From NCBI RefSeq assembly GCF_965263005.1, contig NZ_OZ253579.1:1155668-1219667 (forward strand): a DNA stretch of 64,000 bases. The letters are read 5' to 3'. A program made the translations under genes and the position numbers. This DNA is from Candidatus Rariloculus sp. Lineage in GTDB: Bacteria > Pseudomonadota > Gammaproteobacteria > Steroidobacterales > Rariloculaceae. Under the pieces are notes generated by a model. It was not told the origin of the DNA and did no database searches. It saw nothing but the letters and a program-made list of their open reading frames with translations. Each line of letters starts with the position of its first letter. The first letter of the stretch is position 1. Shown here piece by piece: positions 9,058 to 19,300 of this stretch.

Positions 9058-9950
9058 GAACGTTGGCCGGCGCGTTCGCGGCGGGCCTGCTCGCAGCCGC
9101 GCCCGTTGCGCAGGCGGAACTCTACTATCTTATCGTCGGCGGCCTTGGCGGCGAGACGACCTACGAGGAAAACTTCGCCGCCTATACGCAATCGCTCGCC
9201 GAGGCGGCCCGGCGGACGGTTGGCGAGGAGTCGCGCGTGGCGGTGCTTGCGGGCGCGGACGCAAGCCTCGAGGCGCTTCGCGAGAGCCTGTCAGGGCTTG
9301 CCGAGCGCGCCGGCGAAACGGATAGCCTGGCAGTCTTTCTGGTTGGTCATGGGAGCTACGACGGCAGTCAGTACAAGTTCAATCTTCCGGGCCCCGATAT
9401 CGACGGCAATGAGCTTGGCGAGTTGCTCGCGGGCGTGCCGGCCCGCACTCAGCTCATCGTCAATGCGACGAGCGCGAGCGGTGCGGTGCTCGAGGATTGG
9501 AGCGCCGAGAACAGAACGGTGATCACGGCGACCCGCAGCGGCGCCGAGCGCAACGCCACGCGCTTCGCCGAGCATTGGGCCGAGGCGCTGTCGACGGACG
9601 AGTCCGACCTCGACAAGAACGGTGTGATTACCGCCCGGGAGGCTTTCGATTACGCGTCGCGCAAGGTCGCCGACAGCTACGAGTCCGAAGGCACGCTTGC
9701 GACCGAGCATCCGCAGATCGCGGGCGATACCGCGGCGCGGTTCGATGTCGCAAGGCTTACGGCGCGGGTCGCCGATACGCCGCAGATGCAGACGCTCATC
9801 ACGGAGCTTGAGGGGCTGGAGGAACAGATTGCGGCGCTGCGCTTACTCCGCGACGAGATGCCTGTCGAGGATTACCTGGCGCAGCTTCAGGACCTGCTCG
9901 TACAGCTCGCCCTCGCGCAGCAACAGATCGACGAGGCCGAGGCGCAGTAG
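9054..9950 (+). CDS. secreted legumain/C13 (caspase-fold)-like protein with Ser at the expected nucleophile position
   Basis: A GTG start at 9054 overlaps the upstream stop (GTGA). The signal peptide is VRTLAGAFAAGLLAAAPVAQA. The sequence reads LAVFLVGHGSYDG...QLIVNATSASG, with the His codon at 9348-9350 and Ser (AGC, 9471-9473) 41 residues later, where C13 enzymes have Cys. The C-terminus is coiled-coil. Confidence 0.65.
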   Translation: MRTLAGAFAAGLLAAAPVAQAELYYLIVGGLGGETTYEENFAAYTQSLAEAARRTVGEESRVAVLAGADASLEALRESLSGLAERAGETDSLAVFLVGHGSYDGSQYKFNLPGPDIDGNELGELLAGVPARTQLIVNATSASGAVLEDWSAENRTVITATRSGAERNATRFAEHWAEALSTDESDLDKNGVITAREAFDYASRKVADSYESEGTLATEHPQIAGDTAARFDVARLTARVADTPQMQTLITELEGLEEQIAALRLLRDEMPVEDYLAQLQDLLVQLALAQQQIDEAEAQ

Positions 9951-9954
9951 ACCG

Positions 9955-12212
9955 ATGAGGCTTAAAGCCCGCTATCTCTGGCTCGCGCTCGCCGTCGCCG
10001 CACCTCAATCGCACGCGTTCAGGATCGAATACGGCGCAGACCGGCAAGAGGAGCTCGCGGCCTGCGACCGGGCGCTCTACACGGGCCAGCGCGGCGAAGC
10101 CGGAAGCTGTTATCGAACCCTGCTCGCCACGCACGATGACGTCCGGGTCAAAGCTGAGGCCGCCCGCTCGCTCGGCGACCTGCGCGCCGCGAACGGGTTC
10201 TTTCAGACCGCGCTCGAAGCCTATCCCGACGATGCCGCGGTCCGCGCCAGATGGGCCGAGCTGTTTGTCGAAACACATCAGGACAACGAGGCCGTGAAGC
10301 TCTATCAGGAGAGCCTGAGCCTTGCGCCGGATCATGCCCCCGCGATTCTCGGTCTCGCGAAAATCTCCGCGGGCCGTTTCGAGGAAAGGACGCGCGAGTG
10401 GGTCGACGAGGTCCTCGATCTCGAGCCGGAACACGTCGGTGCTCATCTGCTGCTCGCCCGCATGAATCTCGAGGAAGGTGACATCGACGAGGGTGACGAG
10501 CAGCTGACGCACGCGCTCGCGATCGTCGAGGAACGCGGTCTGCCGCCGCTCGAGATATATGCGCTCAAGGCTTCGGTCGACCTGCTGCGAGGCATCGAGC
10601 AGAGCCCGTGGGCGGATCGCGCGCTCGAATACAACGCGGGCTACGGGGAAATTTTCGCGACGCCCGCGCACTTCTACGTGATCACGCGACGTTATCGTGA
10701 AGCGATCGAGCTGTATCGCCGCGCCGTCGAGATTCAGCCGGACCTCTATTCGGCCCATGCCGAGCTTGGCATCAACCTGCTGCGCGAGAACAAGGTCGCC
10801 GAGGCGCAGAGGCATCTTGCGCTGGCTTACCGGGGAGACCCCTACAGCGCAGGTATCGTCAACACGCTGCGGCTGATCGACAGTTTCGACAACTTTGTCG
10901 TCACGGAGCACGGCACGGCCATCGACGAGAACAGCGCCGAGCCAGGCGCGATCCTGCGCCTGCACCGCGACGAAGATCTTTTCATCAGGCCCTATGTGCT
11001 CGATCTCGTGCACCGCAGCATTGACGTGTTCTCCGAGCGCTACAACTTCGAGCTCGAAGCGCCCGTCGTCGTGGAGCTCTATCCCGAGCACGACGACTTC
11101 GCAGTCCGTATCTCGGGCCTGCCCGGCATCAGCCTGCTTGGTGTCACGTTCGGCTATCTGGTCGCGATGGACAGCCCGTCGGGGCGCGCCGAGGGTGACT
11201 TCCACTGGGGCACGACGCTATGGCACGAGATAGCGCACGTGTTCACGCTCGAGGCGACGGATCATCTCGTGCCGCGCTGGTTCAGCGAGGGCGTGTCGGT
11301 ATACGAGGAATGGAGCACGGGACCGCTGCCGGGCCGCCACATCCCGCCGCACGTGTTGCAGGCGATCGACGAGGACAAGCTGCTGCCCATCGCGGAGCTC
11401 GATCAGGGCTTCATCCGGCCGACCTACGAGAACCAGGTCATCGTCTCCTATATGCAGGCCGGGTTGATCTGCGAGTACATCGCGGCGAACTGGGGCCAGA
11501 AAACTCTGCAGGCGATGCTCGGACATTACAGGGACGGCCTCGAGACGGGCGAGGCGGTCGAGCGCGCTCTCGGTATCACGGCCGAGCAGTTCGACGACGG
11601 ATTCGATGCGTTTGTCGCGGACGAGTTCGGTACGGTGCTCGGCAATCTCGAAGATTGGCAGCAAGCGCAGGGCGCAGCTTACGAGAGCGCCGCGCAGGGC
11701 GCGTGGCGCGAGGCGTTGGCGGATGCGTCGCGAGCGATCGGGTTCTTTCCCGAGTATGTCGACGACGGCACTGCCTACCTCGTCAAGTCCAGAGCGCATG
11801 AGGAACTCGGCGAGCACGATGCGGCGCTGGAGGCGCTGCGCGAGTACCGAAGGCGCGGCGGCCACGATCCCGGGGCGCTCAATCAGCTTGCCGGCTGGCT
11901 GCGTGACGCCGGCAGAGACGCCGAGGCGATCAGCGTCCTCGAGGATGTCATCCAGGTCGCGCCGCTGCAGGAAGAGCTTCACGTCCGGCTCGGGGATTGG
12001 CTGCTCGAGGCCGGGCGCGCGGACCAGGCACTGAACGAGTATCAGGTGTTGGCCGCGATGAATCCCCACGACCAGGCTTCGGTCCATTTCCGGCTTGCGA
12101 AAGCCTATCGCGAGCTAGAGCATCCGGATCTGACGCGCGAGCATGTATTGCGTGCCCTTGAAATCGCGCCCCATTACCGCGAGGCGCAGCAACTATTACT
12201 GGAGATCGTACG

Positions 12213-12216
<4 letters not shown>
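9955..12216 (+). CDS. TPR-repeat protein with HExxH (peptidase MA-like) domain
   Basis: ORF 9697..12216 was trimmed to MRLKARYLWLALAVAAPQSHA (signal peptide). TPR-like repeats lie on both sides of WHEIAHVFTLEATDHLVPRWFSEGVSVYEE (HEIAH at 11224-11238), which is a gluzincin-type HExxH...E arrangement. Confidence 0.8.
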
Positions 12217-13262
<1,046 letters not shown>

Positions 13263-13270
13263 CGGCGGCG

Positions 13271-14179
13271 ATGAGCGGACGGGCCTCGGTTGCACCGCAA
13301 CACCTTCTCCAGCCGGAGGTGCTGGCCAGCTTGTCCAATCTCGATCTCGTGGCCCGGGCAGTCGCCGAAGGCTTTCTCAATGGCCTGCACCGCTCGCCGT
13401 TCTTCGGCTTCAGCCAGGAGTTCGCAGAGTATCGCGCCTACTCCGAGGGCGACGACCCCCGCTTCGTGGACTGGAACGTGTACGCGCGCACCGAGCGTAC
13501 CTACATCAAGCGCTACATCGGCGAGACCAACACCCACCTCGTACTGCTTCTCGATGCCAGCGCATCGATGGCTTACGGCACGGGCAGCGTGAGCAGGCTT
13601 CAGTACGGGAAATTCCTCGCCGCGACGCTCGCCTACCTCGCGGGCCGGCAACACGACGCGGTCGGCCTGATCATCTTTGACGAAGACGTTCGCGAGCACA
13701 GGCGGCCGTCGTCGCGCGCCGGTCACTTGCAGGGGGTGTTTCACGCGATCGACCGTGCCGAGCCGGGTGCCGGCACCGATATCGACGCGCCTTTCGAACG
13801 CTTCCGGGAGTTCGAGAAGGGGCGAGGCCTCGTCGCCGTGATTTCCGATTTCTATTGCGATCCGGAGGCGTTGCTCAAGGGCGTGCAGCCGCTCGCGTAC
13901 CAGGGTCAGGACGTGATTCTCTTTCAGCTTCTCGACCCGGAGGAGCTCGATCCCCAGCTCAAGGAATCGGCGTTGTTCGAGGACATGGAGACGCAGGAGA
14001 CCATGGAGGTGTCGCCGATCTTCATGCGGACACGCTATCGCGAGCGTATCGACACGCACATCGATGCGCTGAAGACAGCAGCGGTCGGCATCGGCGCGGA
14101 CCACACGCTGGTCAATATCGCCGCGCCGCTCAACGAAGCGCTCAAGGACTATCTGACGTTCAGGCAGCGCCGTGGCTGA
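13271..14179 (+). CDS. DUF58 domain-containing protein (VWA-like, MoxR partner)
   Basis: The sequence GLHRSPFFGFSQEFAEYRAYSEGDDPRFVDWNVYARTERTYIKRY...LVLLLDASASMAYG is the canonical DUF58 N-terminal motif plus a DxSxS MIDAS. It starts 8 bp after the MoxR gene. Confidence 0.9.
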   Translation: MSGRASVAPQHLLQPEVLASLSNLDLVARAVAEGFLNGLHRSPFFGFSQEFAEYRAYSEGDDPRFVDWNVYARTERTYIKRYIGETNTHLVLLLDASASMAYGTGSVSRLQYGKFLAATLAYLAGRQHDAVGLIIFDEDVREHRRPSSRAGHLQGVFHAIDRAEPGAGTDIDAPFERFREFEKGRGLVAVISDFYCDPEALLKGVQPLAYQGQDVILFQLLDPEELDPQLKESALFEDMETQETMEVSPIFMRTRYRERIDTHIDALKTAAVGIGADHTLVNIAAPLNEALKDYLTFRQRRG

Positions 14180-14182
14180 CCG

Positions 14183-14344
14183 AGCAGCCCGTGGCAAAAG
14201 CCCCGCTGCATTCCACCGGCGATGCATCCCGCCTGAGCTGCGTTGCTCGTCGCTCGAATATGTCCAATATTCTCGCTCCTCGCGCCTTGTCAGGCGGGCG
14301 CCTCGCCGGTCTCGGTGCGACGCGGGGTTCTGCCACGGGCTGCT
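14183..14344 (+). repeat. Palindromic MITE/REP-like element, copy B (short form, about 162 bp), inside the MoxR operon
   Basis: It reads AGCAGCCCGTGGCAAAAGCCCCGCTGCAT...CGAATATGTCCAATATTCTCG...GCGGGGTTCTGCCACGGGCTGCT. It fills most of the 192-bp gap between the DUF58 and BatA-like genes. Confidence 0.9.
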
Positions 14345-14371
14345 GGCTCGAATGTTCGCGAGATCGCTGCC

Positions 14372-16372
14372 ATGACCCTGCTTGCACCGGCGTTCCTGCT
14401 CGGACTGCTGGCGATCGGGCTGCCGATCTGGCTGCATCGGCTGTCGTCAGAGAACCCGAATCGGCAACCGTTCAGCTCGCTGATGTTTCTTGAAGCCGGT
14501 GAACCGCGCCGCGTACTGGCCAAGAACCTGCAGTATCTGTTGTTGTTGGCGTTGCGCATCGGAGTCCTGGCACTGCTCGCGCTCGCCTTCGCTCACCCCG
14601 CGTTGTGGCGAGAGCCGAGCGCGGCCTCGGGCGGCACGGCACAAATCCAGATCATCGTGCTCGATGCATCGGCCTCTATGTCGTACGGCGACCGCTGGGA
14701 GCGTGCGCAAAGCGCTGCACTTGATCTGATCGGGACGTTCGCGCCTGAAGACAGAGCGCAGCTCGTTTACGGCGGGCGCGTGACCGAGCTGCTCACGGGC
14801 CAGACCGTCGATCGGGCAGTGCTTCGCCAAGGCATCGCGACGGCGGCGCCAGGTGTGTTCTTCGTCGACTACGGGCAGCTCGCGCGCACGCTCGACGGCG
14901 TTTTGCGCGGCGCAGAGCTTCCGGTCGTGCTCCATTTGATCACTGACGGCCAACAGAGCGCGCTGCCGACGAGGTTCGCGGAGCTTGCGCCGACGCAGCT
15001 CGCGGAGCTTCGGATCCACAACATCGCCGTCGCCGGGGAAGGCAATTGGGGCGTCGACAGCCTCGTGGGCTCGGCCCTGACTGGCGAGGTTCAGGCGAGT
15101 GTGCGCAGCTTCTCATCGAGTCCGATCGACAAGACGCTGCTTCTTGCACTCAACGGCCGGCAGATCGATGAGCGGCGGCTCGAGATCGAGCCCGGGGGGC
15201 GCGCCCGGGCCAACTTCGGCGCGCTCGAGCTCGCTTCGGGTGCGAACCGGGTGAGTGTCTCGCTGACTCCGGGCGACGGCATGGCCCAGGACGACACGCG
15301 AATCATCGCGCTCAAGCGGGCTGAGCCGAGACCTGTTCTGCTCGTGTCCGGCGATCTCAGGATGCGCGACACGCTGTTCGTCGCATCGGCGTTGGAATCG
15401 CTGTCGGGGCTTGCGCTCGTCGCCAACACGGTGGCGGCGGCGGAACTCGGTGAACAGACGCTTGCCGATTACCACTTCGTTGTCGTCGCCGACGCCGGCG
15501 CGCTCGGCGCTGCGCAGGTTCAACAGCTCGAGGATTACGTTGTGTCGGGCGGCGCGCTGCTGATGGCTCTCGGACCGCGCTCGGCCGCGCAAAGTGCGGT
15601 GCCGCTGACGGGCCAGCAGTTCGAGTCGGACACGGGGGCGCTGCTCGGCGGCTCCGACGACTACGCTTCGATCGGCGCGCTCGACGCTACCCACCCGGCG
15701 CTGCAGGGCGTGGAGATGCTTCGTGCAGCGAGGTTCTTCCGCCATACGGCGATCGCGGCCGCAGCCGAGGACCAGGTGTTGATGCGCCTCGACACCGGCT
15801 CACCTTTACTATTGGAACGCGAACTCGGTGAGGGGCGCGTGTTGGTGTTCACATCGTCGCTCGACCGAGCATGGAACGATCTGCCCGTGCAGCCCGTGTT
15901 CGTGCCGCTCCTCGCCGGTGTCGCGAATCATCTGCTCGGCGGCGCCGGGTTCAGCAGTGAACGAGGCCTCGGCAGCACGCTGGCGCTCAGGGCCATGGGT
16001 CTTCGCGGCGGGCAGATTTTCGACCCGGACGGCGATGCCGCTCTCGGCCTCGGCGGCGGAACCGACGACGTGTTGCTCGATCAGATCGGATTCTACGAGA
16101 TCACCTCGGGCGGCAGCACCGATTTGGTGGCGGTGAATTTCGACATCAGGGAGTCGGACCTGACGACGATCGACGCGGCAACGATCGAGCGCTGGCAGGC
16201 TCTCGGCCGCCGCGGCGCTGAGCAGTCCGCGGCGGGCGCGGTGTCCGAGGATCGGGCGCCGGTGCTGGCATCGCTGGCGCAATTGATATTGATTGTGCTG
16301 CTCGTTGCCGTAATCATGGAATCCTGGGTTGGAAACTGGCATCTTAGGGTGCGACGAGGGATGGCTGGATGA
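14372..16372 (+). CDS. BatA-N-terminal-domain / VWA-domain membrane protein
   Basis: ORF 14243..16372 was trimmed to the Met outside the repeat. MTLLAPAFLLGLLAIGLPIWLHR is the aerotolerance-regulator (BatA) N-terminal double-TM signature. The MIDAS motif is IIVLDASASMSYGD, and a C-terminal TM is present (LILIVLLVAVIMESW). Confidence 0.85.
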   Translation: MTLLAPAFLLGLLAIGLPIWLHRLSSENPNRQPFSSLMFLEAGEPRRVLAKNLQYLLLLALRIGVLALLALAFAHPALWREPSAASGGTAQIQIIVLDASASMSYGDRWERAQSAALDLIGTFAPEDRAQLVYGGRVTELLTGQTVDRAVLRQGIATAAPGVFFVDYGQLARTLDGVLRGAELPVVLHLITDGQQSALPTRFAELAPTQLAELRIHNIAVAGEGNWGVDSLVGSALTGEVQASVRSFSSSPIDKTLLLALNGRQIDERRLEIEPGGRARANFGALELASGANRVSVSLTPGDGMAQDDTRIIALKRAEPRPVLLVSGDLRMRDTLFVASALESLSGLALVANTVAAAELGEQTLADYHFVVVADAGALGAAQVQQLEDYVVSGGALLMALGPRSAAQSAVPLTGQQFESDTGALLGGSDDYASIGALDATHPALQGVEMLRAARFFRHTAIAAAAEDQVLMRLDTGSPLLLERELGEGRVLVFTSSLDRAWNDLPVQPVFVPLLAGVANHLLGGAGFSSERGLGSTLALRAMGLRGGQIFDPDGDAALGLGGGTDDVLLDQIGFYEITSGGSTDLVAVNFDIRESDLTTIDAATIERWQALGRRGAEQSAAGAVSEDRAPVLASLAQLILIVLLVAVIMESWVGNWHLRVRRGMAG

Positions 16373-19300
16373 CCGCACAGACGCAACTCGAAGCCTATCT
16401 GGCAGACTTTCGGCGCCGCTTGAAGTCGCTGATCATGGCGCGCGGCGCCGCGGCGCTATGCGCGTTCGCGCTCGTCCTGACGCTGACGGCCGTGTACTTC
16501 GGCACGCGCAGGGCGTTCGATCCCGAGTTCATCATCGGCGCGCGCGTGGTCCTCGTGCTCGTGCTCGGCGCCGCGCTGGTCGGGTTACTGGCTTATCCGC
16601 TTCGCGCGTTGCGGCGCAGCCGCGGCGTCGCGGACATCGAACGCCGTGCCCCGGACCTTGACGGCCGTATCGAGACCTATGACGGTCTGAAGCAGTCCGA
16701 GCGCGGACGGGCTTCGCCGTTTCTCGGACTCCTCGCCGCGGACGCGCTCAAGCTGGCTGCCCGAATCCCGGTCGCGTTTCGCATCCCGCGCCGCGAGCTT
16801 TCGATCCCGACGATCATCGCCGTCGTCGCCGCCGCGACGCTTGTCTGGTTCGGCGCGTACGGCCCTGACAATTGGCGCTACGGCGTGCGGCATCTTTGGG
16901 CCGGCTGGGTGCTCGACGACACGCTGCCGCCGCAACGCATCGCCGTGAATCCGGGCGACCGCGCTGTCCGCCGCGGCGGCGACCTCGCCATCGGAGCGCG
17001 CGCCGAGGGTTTCGACCCCGTGTCGATGGAAGTGTTCGCGCGGTTCGAGGGCGACGAGGATTGGCAGAGCGCTCCGATGAACGCCGGAGGCGAGGAGTTC
17101 GAATTCACGTTCTTCGCCGTGCGCGAACCGATGCGCTATTACGTGTCGGCCGTCGGCGTGCGCAGCCAGGAATTCGACGTGCAAGTCGTTGACCTGCCCG
17201 AGATCGAGCGGATCACGCTGAGCTATGCGTATCCCGACTGGGCGGACCTCGAACCGCTCGTCGAGGACCCAGGCTATTACATCCGCGCCGTAGCGGGCAC
17301 CGAGGTCACCGTCGAGGTTCACACTGACGCGCCGCTCAATGCGCCGACGCTGACAGCGAACGGCGAAACACTTCAGATGCGCACCGACAGCAACGTCGCC
17401 ACGGCGACGCTTGAAGTGTCGGACGAGGGCGAGTACTTCATATCGACGCTGTTCGAGCAGGACCCGGTCAAGCTCACGGAAGATTATTTCATCAGCGTCG
17501 TCCCCGACAACGAGCCGGTGGTCAAGGTTGTCAGGCCGGGCCGCGATTGGCGGGCGAGCAATATCGAGGAGGTTTCCGTCGCGATCGAGGCGAGCGACGA
17601 TTTCGGTCTCGACGGGCTTGAGCTGCGTTACACCGTCAACGGCGGTGAATGGCAAACGATCGAGCTCGATGTCGAGGGGACCGAAGCCAGCGGCGAGGAG
17701 ATCCTTTACCTCGAAGAAATGAGGCAGCCGGTTCGCCAGGCGGTTTCGAGCCCGGGCTCGCCGCGCGGCCAACCGTTCCCGGTCACTCTCGAGGAGTTGC
17801 GCGCCTTGCGGGACGAACTCGAGCAGGAGAACGCGCCGGACGAACCGGAAGGCGAGCCGCCGGCACCGACGGTCCGTAATCTCGAGCCAGGGGATCTGAT
17901 TTCCTATTACGCCGTCGCCGAAGATCGCGGCCGGAACGTCCAGACTGACCTGTTCTTCGTCGAAGTGCAGCCCTTCGACCGCAGCTACTCGCAGTCGAGC
18001 CAAGCCGGCGGTGGCGGTGGCGGCGGCGGCGGCCAGCAACAGGATGAAATTTCCCGGCGGCAGAAGGAAATTCTCGTTGCGACCTGGAACCTGATCCGCG
18101 AGCGCGACGAGGAGGAACAGAGCTTCCTCGACGAGCAGGCGCTCAACGACAACGCGAGGATGCTCGCAGAGTTGCAGCAGACGCTCGCCGATCAGGCGCG
18201 TACGCTCGCAAGTCGGACGCGCGCCCGCCAGTTGACGAACGCCGACGAACGCATTCAGAAGTTTGTCGAGAACCTCGAGTTGGCCGCCGAGGCCATGGCA
18301 CCCGCGTCCGAGCGGCTCGCCGAGGTCGAGTTGGCCGAAGCCGTACCGGCAGAGCAGGAAGCTCTCCAATACCTGTTGCGCGCCGAGGCCGTGTTCACGG
18401 AGATACAGGTCGCGTTTCAACGCGGCGGCGGCGGTGGCGGCGGAGGCGGGCTGGCGGGCCGCGACTTGAGTGAGCTATTCGAGCTTGAGATGGATCTGGA
18501 CAAGAATCAGTACGAGACCGAGGCGCCTGTCGCATTCGAGCAGGAGCAGGAGAACGAGGTCGACGAAGCGATCGCGAAGCTGCAGGAGCTTGCGCGCCGC
18601 CAGGAGCAATTGGCGCGCCAGGCCGGCCGCAGAAACGATCAATTGACCGAACAGGAGCGCTGGGAGCAGGAATCGCTGCGCCGTGAGACCGAGGAACTCA
18701 GGCGTCAGCTCGAAGATCTGCAGCAGCGCATCGCTCAAGCCGAGCAACAGCAGGGTCAACAGGGTCAACAGGGTCAACAGGGCCAGCAGGGCCAACAGGG
18801 CCAGCAGCAGGGTCAGCCCGGTGCGGGCGGCGGCCAGAGCGCTCAGACCGCGCAAACGATTCAGCAGCTCGAAGAAGCTTTGCAGGCGATGAACCGTGCA
18901 GGCCAGCCGGGCGGCAACGTCGATCCCGAGCAGGCCAGGCGCGCGATCGAGCAGGCGAGACGGCAACTGCAGCAGGCGCTCGAACAGATGACCGCGCAGC
19001 GTCAGCAAGCGGCCGGCGAGGCGTTTTCGGATCTCGCGGATCGGTCGAGCGACATCTATGAAGAGCAGCGGCAATTGGCCGCCGAGCTGCAACGGGAGTT
19101 GCAGAACGCGCTTGACGACCAGATCGACAGCGGAGCCGCGACCGGTGGTTTGGACCGTCGAGTCGCCCAGGACCTCTCCGACCGCAAGTACGACTTGCAG
19201 CAGGAGCTCGAAGCCCTTGAGCAGGATATTCAGCGCATCGCGCAGGAGTACCGGAATCAGACGCCGGGGGCGAGCGAGGAACTCAGCGCCGCGCTTGCAG

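Noticed and set aside
16585-18420. A 611-aa minus-strand ORF antisense to the 1241-aa gene. Similar long antisense ORFs lie at 209..1480, 2035..3456, 9799..11205, 13166..14437, 19324..20037, 21581..22309, 23633..24898, 28795..29841, 30584..31789, 32777..34111, 34202..35374, 41064..42464, 42575..43579, 46286..47935, 49181..51118, 51115..52008, 53643..54752 and 59327..60496.
   Set aside because: Each lies opposite a gene with clear family motifs. Their translations are Arg/Ala/Gly/Pro-rich with no recognisable domains, which is typical of stop-poor shadow frames in high-GC DNA.
18001-18820. The regular short repeats (GGC runs and the 9-bp QQG repeat), considered as a possible CRISPR-like or non-coding array.
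   Set aside because: They are in frame within a long ORF, have no spacers and encode Gly and Gln-Gln-Gly. This is a coding microsatellite, not a CRISPR array. No CRISPR-like repeat-spacer structure was seen anywhere in the window.
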